Shown piece after piece: positions 33,101 to 43,000 of a DNA stretch of 64,000 bases (its first letter is position 1; each line of letters begins with the position of its first letter). The translations under genes were made by a program, and so were the position numbers. The notes under the pieces were generated by a model. It searched no databases. It was not told where the DNA came from and saw only the letters and a program-made list of their open reading frames with translations. The DNA comes from Entomortierella parvispora E1425 (taxonomy: Eukaryota; Fungi; Mortierellomycota), in the NCBI GenBank assembly GCA_020891255.1, contig BQFW01000001.1, positions 1,798,001 through 1,862,000 on the forward strand, in the 5' to 3' direction.

Positions 33101-35027
33101 TGGCGCCCCCGAAAACGTGGTCTACACTGACCATGCAAGTCTACGATTTTTGTTGACCCAGCCACACCTGAGCCCGAGAATGACCCGTTGGGTTGAATTT
33201 TTGGCCCCCTACAACCTGTCGATCCAGTATAAGGCAGGAGCCACCAACATCGCTGCAGATGCGCTTTCCAGATTGCAAGTCAACAATGTGACAGCAGGAC
33301 GTCACATCGACACTTGGGATTGGCCGTTGCTTGTCCCTGCATTTCTGGATGATGGTTCTTTTCCGCCCCATACCGATGGAGACACCAAGAAGAGAGTCCG
33401 CAAGGAGGCTCATAACTTCACGACTGATGACGACGAATTGCGCTACATCGTTGAAGGAAGAGCAGTTCCCTTCGTTCCGTTTGCAGAGCGCGCAGATCGT
33501 CTCATTGAGTTGCACACCGACATTGGACATCTTGGAGAGTCTGGAACGTTTGATTTGGCCAAGACTCGCATGTGGTGGCCCAGTCTTCGAACAGATATCA
33601 AAGCAGTAGTACGTGAATGCAAGCCGTGTCAATTGGTCAAGCCCGGTGGTGACCGCTCTGTTGCACCGTTGCATCCATTGGCGCCAGCACGTCCGTTTGA
33701 GCGCTGGGGAATTGATTTTATTGGTCGCATGCCAGCCACCAAGAAAGGAAACCGTTGGATCATTACCGCAATCGACCATGCCACGAACTGGCCGATCGCA
33801 AGAGCCTTGCCAGAAGCAACCGCCGAAGCCGTTGCTACTTTTCTCTATGAAGAGATCGTCTTACAGTTTGGCTGCCCTAGCGAGATCGTTAGCGACCGAG
33901 GAGCCAACTTCATGTCTGACGTTCTTCAACGCTATTTGGAGAAGCTGCACATCAAACACAAGGCTACGTCTGCTTACCATCCAAGGTCGAATGGAAAGTG
34001 TGAGCGTCTCAATGGTGTTATCGGACACATGTTGAGCAAGTATGTGGGTACACACATCCACAGCTGGGATCAGTACCTGCACCAGAGTCTGTTCGCTTGT
34101 CGCGTACACATCTCTCAGCGAACCAAGGTCAGCCCATTTCAACTTGTTTATGGACTTGAACCCCGTTTGCCGCAAGATCCAGTACGCCCATTCTTGTTTG
34201 ATTTTCAAGATCAAGACGATTTTGCAGAACATCGTCGCAAGACTTTTCGAGAAATCGACGCCCTCCGAGAAAAGCACCTGCAGGCCCAGCAGACCGCCGC
34301 AGATGATATGGCCGCACACCATGAAGAGACACACACGGTCACCGATCATAAGTTCGCAGTTGGTGATTTTGTCCTGGTCAAGAACTTCGGCCGTACGAAG
34401 CTTCAACCCCATTTTTATGGCCCGCTGGAAGTGATCCGTATTACGCCCTTGTCGACTTATCAGCTCCGCTGGGGAGATGGTGAGTTGAAGACGGACTTAG
34501 TACACCAAGACCGTCTTAAGCGTGCTTATCCGCCAGATGAAGCATCTGCACGCCGTGCTTGGGTCACTAAGACAAAGCACACCATGGAGCAAGCCAACGA
34601 CAACTCTGACGATGGTCTTCCAATTGAAAGCCGCACTGAGGAGGAACAGCGCGTGGAGGAGGCCCTCGCTCTTAGAACCGCCAATGAAGATTACCTTGCC
34701 CGTCGCGATCAACTTGGCACTTACGAACCGCCTATGATGGGTTCCGCCGCTGAAGCTGCCCGCGTGTACAGACAGGCACTTGCTGCTTCTGCCCCGAAGC
34801 CTCGTCGCCGTGGCCAACGTACTCGCGAACCCAGAGTCAATCAGTTGCAGGCAGGCCGAGGACGGCCTGAAGCCTGTGGGGGGAGTGTCGTGAATCAGAC
34901 TGCTTTTATCCCCGCCAGCTCCGCGTCTGATCACATGACTTACGATCACCTGACCGCCGACACGCCTGATGAATGGACCCTTGTTGCGCGCCCTCATTGC
35001 ACTTGTGCCGCGCGTCATCGTCGTTGA
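30147..35027 (+). CDS. Gag-Pol polyprotein, single ORF of 1626 aa
   Basis: Retrotrans_gag helices and two CCHC knuckles. Protease LFDNGA, RT YLDD, RNase H ETDAS/EKELLAIV/TDH. Integrase HHCC, GIDF, SDRG, E, and GPY/F-like YGPLEV. Confidence 0.97.
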   Translation: MNQHQHNFDDDIDDEPNTSSYHAASTFTVPEPVIHNDRPKKNLLPSDHETFNGTCSHHEARAWLLQTELIADISEIPRPKWPRAAIAKLRGDARVWGLNYNSLHTNATWDTFSAAFLSQFSSEDLEETLRNELDSVVWEKTDTPNTFFHRFQFALMPLGTNVSEGEKVHVFKTRSPQFLRKFLIEHQVKTWQQVRQHCEIRTEMSTSLGIISQSAQNRINQARQTPPSRPFVAPSRFGSPRLFQHHAAATAPPPRPSHITGNPTTGFSTGKRVSFSGHPFSRPPDRRDSTQNQNQSQGRRSSMDMDVDVFNIECHNCGDNHKAAECPKPQTCYNCGQRGHYKRDCPQGGQNQGRPQRRNRPNVNINMTHIDPQDFKPETCPLMVVPLYVDGWQFDALFDNGANVNVISSRALEVIREESPESILDEKRIYEPTPVRTAHAGDLGAKALGEVILRVVIGEHTCRFTATVVPDLAHDVFIGLPWMFRYKPQINWDRYSLTWQVNGRKHEAIARSQPASTLLQNEQVPELAYVQTNAQRFLHTMAADDTQEAGIVWLMKTHVPEHTRAEELMTNPDLTVEQQAQIDEIVKEYQQDVFAPLSEMPPARPGFDHQIPTGVTSPVVKKIYKMSPLELKTLKEQLDELLRLGYIQPSTSPWAAPVLFVKKEDGTLRLCIDYRGLNAVTIKNKYFLPHTDEFFDRMRGARYFSKLDLQQGYHQLQVAEEDRPKTAFSTRYGHYEYCVMAFGLTNAPASFQAFMNTIFSKELDQFVVVYLDDILIYSKTFEEHLKHIRTVLSTLRKHHLHAKQSKCAFGLSSITFVGHVISYDGIQVDPAKVAVVKNWPTPTNVQELRSFIGFVNYHRRHIFHHAEVTACLTDLLTTGPGPNKGKLRPVPTWGPVQQAAFDGIKELLATTPVLCLGHPDEPYYMETDASDIATGGVLYQMHEGKRHPVAYESRKLKPAEKNYPVHEKELLAIVHACRAWRTFILGAPENVVYTDHASLRFLLTQPHLSPRMTRWVEFLAPYNLSIQYKAGATNIAADALSRLQVNNVTAGRHIDTWDWPLLVPAFLDDGSFPPHTDGDTKKRVRKEAHNFTTDDDELRYIVEGRAVPFVPFAERADRLIELHTDIGHLGESGTFDLAKTRMWWPSLRTDIKAVVRECKPCQLVKPGGDRSVAPLHPLAPARPFERWGIDFIGRMPATKKGNRWIITAIDHATNWPIARALPEATAEAVATFLYEEIVLQFGCPSEIVSDRGANFMSDVLQRYLEKLHIKHKATSAYHPRSNGKCERLNGVIGHMLSKYVGTHIHSWDQYLHQSLFACRVHISQRTKVSPFQLVYGLEPRLPQDPVRPFLFDFQDQDDFAEHRRKTFREIDALREKHLQAQQTAADDMAAHHEETHTVTDHKFAVGDFVLVKNFGRTKLQPHFYGPLEVIRITPLSTYQLRWGDGELKTDLVHQDRLKRAYPPDEASARRAWVTKTKHTMEQANDNSDDGLPIESRTEEEQRVEEALALRTANEDYLARRDQLGTYEPPMMGSAAEAARVYRQALAASAPKPRRRGQRTREPRVNQLQAGRGRPEACGGSVVNQTAFIPASSASDHMTYDHLTADTPDEWTLVARPHCTCAARHRR
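34878..34885 (+). promoter_or_regulatory. Polypurine tract GGGGGGAG
   Basis: Immediately precedes the TG of the 3' LTR. Confidence 0.85.
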
Positions 35028-35493
35028 CTATCACCAGGTCGACTACCCTCAACCGTGTATACTCACGAACGGAGCATTTCATGTTTCTCCGACATTAACC
35101 TACCAACCGTTGCCAATCAAAAGCTTGTCTCCACGCCGGTCGACCAAGCTCTTTGAAACCTCGGACGTTAGGGCCCCTATTCCAGAATAGTCATAAGCCC
35201 TTCACTATTTATTTCCATAGTGTCAGCAGTATAGTCTCACTTCACTACCTTCAGTATATAAGTAGCTCTGTATCGAGACTTAGAACGGCATCCTTTCTTT
35301 GCCCTTCCATCTCGATTACAGGTAACCCTCTTGAGAACCCTATCAGTAGTAACACACAGAATATCTTATTAAACATATCCTTTCTTTGCCCTTCCATCTC
35401 GATTACAGTCAAGGTAGCTGACTGTGGTGCCCAGTGTAGAAGAACACGCTCGACACACCCTAAGGATCAGTCGTGATACCGAGAGTCACGACA
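34886..35493 (+). repeat. 3' LTR (608 bp)
   Basis: Direct repeat of 29353-29960, followed by TSD TGGA. Confidence 0.97.
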
Positions 35494-35762
35494 TGGAAAC
35501 GTAATTTTCTGTCATATATGAGTTCAATATCAATCACGTGATCACGAGTCTACGTCATTATACCCCTTAATGAGTAATTCCGACCGCGTCTTAAGTCCAT
35601 CGAGAGGTTCAGCATTCATCGTTGACAAACTGCCAACACCACACTCATACACGACACATCGTCGCCGTCCACATTTTCACCACCATCGCCCCGGGCACTA
35701 TCATTCGAAATACCCACCATCGCGTCACATAGAGTCAGAACAATTATTTATCCTGACCAACG

Positions 35763-38580
35763 ATGGCTACGCGGAAACTGCAAAGTAATTGAACAGGTTT
35801 TCTTTGCGGACTCCCATGCTTAATCTGGATGCAGCCAGAACATTACTCCAAATTCAACAACAACGATATTGCTGCAAGGGCAACTTTGATATATTTCTGT
35901 CTAAGAGCTCTCAGGACAATGGGCGATGAATACTGCGTTTGTCTAAAGTCAAAGGAGGCAACTCTTTTTTTTACAAAACGGCCGGATTGACTGATGGGAT
36001 TTCTCGTTTTTACCCCCTTTCTCTCCTTTCCATTCTCCTTTCTGTGGCATCCACCTATATTCCCTTTCGTCAAATTAGCCGAAATCGACAAGGTCTTGAA
36101 AAAGGTCGCAGAAGGAGTCGAAACATTTGAGGAAACGCTGGAAAAGATTGAAACCTCAACCAACGCAAACCAAAAGGAAAAGTACGAAGCTGACCTGAAA
36201 AAGGAGATCAAGAAGCTGCAAAGGCAACGAGACCAGATCAAGACATGGATTTCCTCAAGCGATATCAAGGACAAGAGGGCACTCTTGGACAACCGAAAGT
36301 TGATCGAGCAGGTAAATGGAGCGACGATTCGCTTTTTCTAAATTAAGTTACGCTCATTATTCTGACCACCAGTGGCCGTTTTCATTGAAAAATAGCAAAT
36401 GGAGAAGTTCAAGGCTATTGAAAAGGAGATGAAGACAAAAGCATACTCCAGAGAAGGCCTCATCATGTCTGGGCGAATGGACCCTAAGGAAAAAGAAAAG
36501 GCGGAGACCTGTTCCTGGGTCACAGAACGAGTCGAATCTCTCAACATCCAAATCGAGGCGCTGGAAGCCGAGGTAGAAACGCTGCAAGCTGGCGCAAAAA
36601 AGGGAAAGAACAACCCAGCAAAGGAGAGGATATCTGAGCTCGAGGAAAAGATTGAGCGACACAAGTGGCATCAGGGCCGTCTAGAGTTGATATTGCGATT
36701 ACTGGAGAACGGACAAATCGAGACAGAAAAGGTACCCACTTTGACTCTTGGACGAGGCGATCGGCGTAAACCCTTGTATTGTTGAGCTAACGTTTTTACT
36801 TTTGCCCTGCAACTTCCAGATCCAAGGAATTCAAGAAGATGTGAATTATTATGTGGATGAGAACCTAGATCCTGATTTTGCTGAGGATGAAGAGATCTAC
36901 ACAGATCTCAACCTTGAAGAAGAGGAGGACTACTTTGCAGTGATCACAGATGACCATCACAGCACCCACGATGATACGAAGTCAGCGAAGGATGAAGTCG
37001 AGGATGCACCACCAAAGCGTACAACGAAGGAAGCAGAGCCAGAGCCAGCACCATCACCGACAAAAACTGTTGCTCCAAAACCTACACCAACAAAAAGTGA
37101 GTTCACACAATTGTAATTTTTGTTTTTTTTATTTCTATTTTGTCGAAACGTAATATCTGACCCTTCCTATCTTATTATTTTTCTTGCAGAACTGTCCATG
37201 TCAGAGTCAAAGGAAACAAAACCAGCGCCAACAAGTCCATCAATGGTGGTGCCAAAAGCAGTCAGTCAAACGCCAGCTCGTCCAGCAGCAGTACCTCGCC
37301 CTGTAGACCCACCAGTGATTCAGTATGCAACTGCAGTAGCCGCCAATCTCCCTGTAGTGGAATCTCCTCGCATCTCCAATGTTTCCGCATCTCCTTCTCC
37401 TTCGCCTAATGTCACACCGGCTGTGCTTGCACAAACGAGCAGTGTTCTTCATGAATCCCCAAAGACAACCAGCGCCACAACAGTGTCAGTACCATCTCCC
37501 AAGGCGGCTGCTCAGACTACCATTGTCCCTGCAACTGCTGCTGCCGCTGCTGCCGCTGCCACATTAGCATCAAAAGCCCAGGCTACCCCACCACTGGAGG
37601 AAGCTAAGACCACAAAGTCAAATGTATCCACACCCTCGGCACCCTCATCTACTGCTGCAAAAGCGACGGATGCTCCTTCAGCCCAACAAAGCACGAGTCA
37701 GTCCCCATCGGAGGTATGATGAACATATGTGTTGCCACTTTTCTAGGTTCTTTGAAAAGCTTCTCTTTTAACACCCTATTTTTGCCTTGGTATCATCCTA
37801 GAAGTCTACGCAGCAGGAAGCGACACAACCTCAACAACAACAACCGCAGCAGCAACAGCCACCATCGCGGTCAGAGCCAGAAATCCGCTTGCCCGATGCC
37901 TTGGCAGATTTGGCTCACAGTTTCGAGACGTCGAAGGAACGCGCCATGTCCAAGGATGTCGGATTTTTTGCCAGTCAAATGCTGGAGGCCAGTTATCAAT
38001 TCCTCCCTGAACAAGCTGACACGGAGCGGTAATTGCTGTTTCCACCACACTGGAAACTGAGAATATGTGTGAAGGCGCTGTACTAATTTTGCACTGCTTC
38101 CCTCTATCCCATCGTATGAAATTAGACCCAAGTTTTATGTCCCCAAGAACCCTTACCCTACTCCATCGTATTACCCTCAAACGCCTCCTCCTGGGCTCTT
38201 TGAGTCTGCAGCCATGTTTGAAAAGTTCGATATCGACACCTTGTTCTTCATCTTTTATTACCAGCAGGGAACATACCAGCAGTAAGTCGTTGATTGAGTT
38301 GATGAATTAGCGAGGACATATTGTGCAAGGATATTCTGTCAACACAGTTTCTCAACGTGTCACTAGATACCTGGCTGCTCGAGAGTTGAAGAAGCAATCA
38401 TGGCGATTCCACAAGAAGTACCTGACGTGGTTCCAGCGCCATGAAGAACCCAAGGCCATTACAGACGATTATGAGCAAGGAACATACATCTATTTCGATT
38501 ACGAGGGTGCGTGGTGCCAACGAAAGAAGGCTGACTTCCGATTCGAGTACAAGTTCCTGGAGGATGCTGAGCTTGTTTAA
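35763..38580 (+). CDS. NOT3: CCR4-NOT complex subunit Not3/Not5, multi-exon
   Basis: MATRKLQ|[17 protein letters not shown]...[27 protein letters not shown]-terminal domain; NOT-box C-terminus [29 protein letters not shown]...YFDYE. Confidence 0.95.
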
Positions 38581-39896
38581 ACGTGATGGAATGCAAGGCG
38601 TGGGCTAATTCCACCGAGCTGGAGGGAACGAAAACAAGCTGAAAAGAAGGAATGGATAGCAACACCATTTCCATTTCCTTTTTGTTTTTTTTGCCTGCTC
38701 TCCTACGCTAGAAGTATTATTTTCCTTTTGTTTTCTGTTTGTTGGTTGTATGTCATTCGTTTTGCGCTTCAACGTCCCCAGCCTTTCCCTCCCCTCCTAT
38801 ATTATTTGTAGTTTTATTTTTTGTTTTCTTTTCTTTCTGCCTGCTGCTGAAAGTAAAAAAGTGATGTTTTTATGACGAACGGTCAAGATCGATTTTTTTT
38901 TGTATAAGATCGCTGATGGCTCTCCTACATTCATACATACAATCTTTCATTTGTATGAGGATAGGATCCCCACGTGTGAGAGTCAAACACATTTATCGGC
39001 ACAGTTTGCATTCTGCCTTGCACAATATCCGGCACTGGGAGCAGTAGGCCAGTTTTGGCCATCCAAAAAAAGAGGGGAGAGCATTTGCTTTTCGAGCACC
39101 TTCCAATCAGAGATGGTTCTCCAGTGGAACGTGATGGGGAAAAGATGTCCTTTTGGGCGAAGTGCTGCGTCGAAAATATTTGAATGAAAAGTTCATGGCC
39201 TGGGCACAAATCAATTTACCCGTCATATCCGCTGTTTTTGCAGAGAGGGTGTTGTTAGAGAGTGGTCAGGGCCATGGTCAGGCCTTCACCCCCAGCCCCT
39301 TTCCTTCTTTCTGGAAGAAAAGAAAGAGCAAGTATACTGTTCACAGCAAACCGGAAGGGCCGACTATCGCGTCGCTTTGTCCACTTTTTTTTGGATCAGC
39401 CTCGGGGGGTCATTCGATCTGTTGGACATCACTTCTTTCTCTTTTACTCCCTTCTCGTACCCCTTCACTCCTACCTCCATCACCAACCCATCCCCTCGTT
39501 CCTCCTTTAACTGGTTCTCGTGTCAAGACTGTCCATCTCATTCTGCTCTTTCCTTCTGGGATCTTTCCAATTTCACCCCTCCCTCTAAAAAGGGGACTTG
39601 CATCCCTACTTTATCGACAGATGGTGCTCACATTGACATATTGATTTTGGTACGTGCCCGCCTCCTCGTTTCCTGGGTGATCTTCTCACTTCTCATCCTT
39701 CCCTGGACCTTTTGTGCGGTAGTGGATTGTCCAAAGCTCCACGACAGTTCACTGAAGCCATTCATAAGAGCTGCCGCGTCTTTTCTTCAATCGTCTTCAA
39801 TTCGCGGTTAAGAGTCAACGACCAAGTTATTAACGCTTTTTCTGCTTTTATATCTTCTAAACCCATATTCCCCAGCTTCTTCTCTATCTCTACCTT

Positions 39897-39920
39897 CACA
39901 CACACACACACACACACACA
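39897..39920. repeat. (CA)12 microsatellite
   Basis: Directly visible. Confidence 0.9.
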
Positions 39921-40058
39921 CGCACTTACCCTCTCCTTTCCATCTCGAGCCCATCCCCTGGTCAATTCCCTAGTCGGAGTAGCGAGTCTCCGGGTTCTCC
40001 TTGCATTCTCCCCCTCCCCTTTCCTATTTCCTTCTTTTTTCTTTTTGCAAAAGCAACG

Positions 40059-43000
40059 ATGATCCGGAAAGCTGCTTACCAGTCTGTCGTGGTCGTGGAC
40101 CCCGCGGTCAGCAAACAAATCTCAGCCCTGCTGCAGCAACAGCAGCAATCGCCCTCATTACTGCCGACTGCAGTGCCGCCTCAGAAAATTGTTCACAAGG
40201 TTCCTATCTATCTCGTCCAGCGAACCCGCTCAGTGTTGGTCAAAGATTTGGAGAAGATCCTCGGCCCCGGAAGGCGACTAGAGAGTGTTCAGGCAGACGA
40301 TGGAACGATTTTGTTGCCTCCACCACAGTCGATTGTCGCCTCCTCTACTTTTGCATCTAGACCAACGGTCATCCCTGTTAGGGACGGTGGGGCAGGTCGG
40401 ACCAAGTATCGGAATGGACAGGACGAGGGGGAAGAGGAGAAGGAGGACGTCTGGTTTATCCACCCGATTGTTGCTCCAGCAACTGGAGCATGCGTCTCTC
40501 CTACACCACCGTCGCCATCATTGCCACTGATCGAAAGTCAAGCAGACAAAGCAGCAACCGTAGCAACAACAACAGGCTCCTTGATCCCCTCCCATCCTTG
40601 TTCTCGTTCCGGTTCTTGTTCCTCCTCCTCCTCCACGTCCCAGTCCTCCTTACCCCAGCAGCAGGAAAAGACTGAGCAAGGAGAAAAAACGAGAGGAGAG
40701 CTTAATTTCCATGATCAGCAAGCGAGCAAAGACCAGGCGAGAGCAGAGCCACCGATACCCACCCAAATGACGACAAGGAGCAGCACTTTTTCCGAGCAGC
40801 AACAGAAGGACCAATTTGAGCCAAAGGTTGAACATCAGACGCGTTCTTTTAGAGCAACGATGGCCACATCTGGCCAATCATTGGGCGATCCATGGACACG
40901 GTCTAGGATCAAACGGAGCACCCTGCAGCACGAGGACAAGGAGGACGACGCTCTGGATGCGGTCGCTGCTGTTCCTCGCCGGTCCATTGGTGAGCGTGGC
41001 AGTGGCAAGGGTAATGACAACGATGAACACGATAAAGTACAAGCGGTCGAGAAGAGGACTGACGTCAATGGCAGCAAGGATTCTTCTGTTCAAGCTCCTC
41101 TTTTCTCTTCCTCCCCTTCATCTCTCAGTTTTCCTCCTTCTTCCGCCTCAATCCCGACCTTCCCTTCTCAACCAACCATGGCTTCTACATCAACCTCAGC
41201 TTCAGCCCTTCCTCTCTCGCCCTCATCGCTGTCGCCCTCAACCTCTACAGACACAATACTGATGCGACAGCAACTCCTTCAGATGGCCAACGCTCTCGTC
41301 TCGATCGCAGACCGTGGTGACGATATCGCACAGGACAGGGGCCATGCAAGAACACTGGCCCTTCAAGTACTGGAATCTTACACCCATGCTCTCGCCGGTT
41401 CTACATCTCCACCGTCATCTAGCGACAAGGTCGACAGTGGCCCTCCACCATCCTCGTCCGTTGGGATGGATACACGCCATGGGATGATCACTCCAGACGC
41501 CACGCCTCAATCCACACCCGTCATCCCGTCCTCTTATCGCCTGTCCTCTCCCAACACCGATACGCGCTCCAGCAACGACACCATGATCTCTTCTCCTTCG
41601 TCCACCCCTTTCTCTTCGCCTTCCTCTTCAGCTTTGCCCTTGGAGTCGCCCACTTTGATGGCGCATCAGATTCACTGCCCGCCCTCCCTTCCCGACGTTG
41701 GCAGCGCCGACTTTTGTACAAGCCTGCGATCGTCGATCTTCTCACTGCCACCTTCGTCTCTACAAGGGCAGGAACAGTGCGCTCAACCGGATCCTAATAT
41801 AGAACAACACTCGTCGTCGTCGTCGTCGTCCCCCTCTGCCTCCCAGTCTTTTACTGCTTTAGACCAACCGACGTCCACCCTCCCTACGACGATCCCCGAA
41901 GCACGGAAGGGTTCAAAGAAAGGCAACAAGACCGGACTCGCAAGAATATTGAGGTCCAAGAGCTCGTTTGGAGCCATGTTTGGATCGAACAAAAGCAGGT
42001 CCTTGATGACCACCCCCGAATCAGAGGAAAGCACTGACGTTTTTGACCAAAGTTTACAGGAGACGATGAGCAACTCGGCTCGGAAAGGCAGCGCTGATAG
42101 CAGTGATGGCAGTAGCCAGAGAGGCAGCAGCAACAACAGCCACAGCGATGACAGTCAGCGTAGCGGCAGTAATAGCCACGAGGAAGTCATGTCGACCGCA
42201 TCAACCCCTGCCTCCACTCCTACCTCGACTCCTGCCTCTTCCAACACTCCCTGGTATAAGATTCAGCAGCGACGAAGAGAAAGTCGCGCCAGCTCCGTTT
42301 CTGAATCCGGATCAGGTTCCAACAGCAACAATGGCAACAATAGCAATAGCAGCAGTAGCAGCGGCACTACCACGTCAACAAAGGCTGATAATGCTGGGCG
42401 CGAGCTAGGCTCGCGTCGGTTTTCTTCCCCCTTTGGCTTCCGTGCAAAGCCCGTATCTACAACAGAAACCAGGCAGCGCGCCTCAGTTTCTCATATCCAA
42501 TCCCAACCACAACCACAACCACAACAGCAACAGCAAGAGCAACAACAATACCCCCATCACCCTAGCCACCAGCATCATACCCAACATACCCAGCATACCC
42601 AACAACACCAACAACCCCCATCATACTCCTCCTCGACACCCACTCTGCAGAAGCAAGTGCAACTGCAAAGACACTTGTATTCAGCAGACGCCAGGATTGG
42701 AGGCCGCAGATCTGTTACACGAACGGCGACCGGATCCTTCTTTGATACAGTGTCAGACTCGGATTCGGACGAGGAAATCGCGCACCCAACATATCTCCAA
42801 CAGCAGTGTCAGTACCAGCCTCAGTATCAGCAAATGCAGGGTCAGGAACGAACAGTTCGCCGAATGACCTACCCCACTGCATCCACATCTGTGGGACCAA
42901 CGGTCTTGCCCACCTCCTCGTCTCGTTTTATTCAGAGTGATCCTCGGACGCAGGAGCGACTGCGCCAGCAAGAAGAGCAGCAGGAGCAGAGTCATCCTCG

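Larger units (their letters stand above)
29353..35493 (+). mobile_element. Full-length Ty3/Gypsy LTR retrotransposon, 6,141 bp, 4-bp TSD TGGA
   Basis: Two 608-bp LTRs with TGTCGTGA...TCACGACA ends. TGGA at 29349-29352 and 35494-35497. PBS, PPT and an intact gag-pol in PR-RT-RH-IN order. Confidence 0.98.

Noticed and set aside
34500-35027. Chromodomain at the integrase C-terminus
   Set aside because: No aromatic-cage or Y-x-V-K-W-type pattern is visible after the GPY/F module.
29348-35498. 5-bp TSD for the Gypsy element
   Set aside because: The flanks are GTGGA and TGGAA; only the 4-mer TGGA is duplicated.
35785-36078. Intronic C/D snoRNA in the longer first intron of NOT3
   Set aside because: Only a degenerate C-box-like sequence (CGATGAA) and a CTGA, with no terminal stem or recognisable rRNA complement.
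38900-40058. Several 80-160-aa ORFs in the intergenic region before the 1246-aa gene
   Set aside because: They come from pyrimidine-rich, low-complexity promoter/UTR sequence and the CA repeat; the same applies to ORFs at 46600-47230 and 55900-56800.
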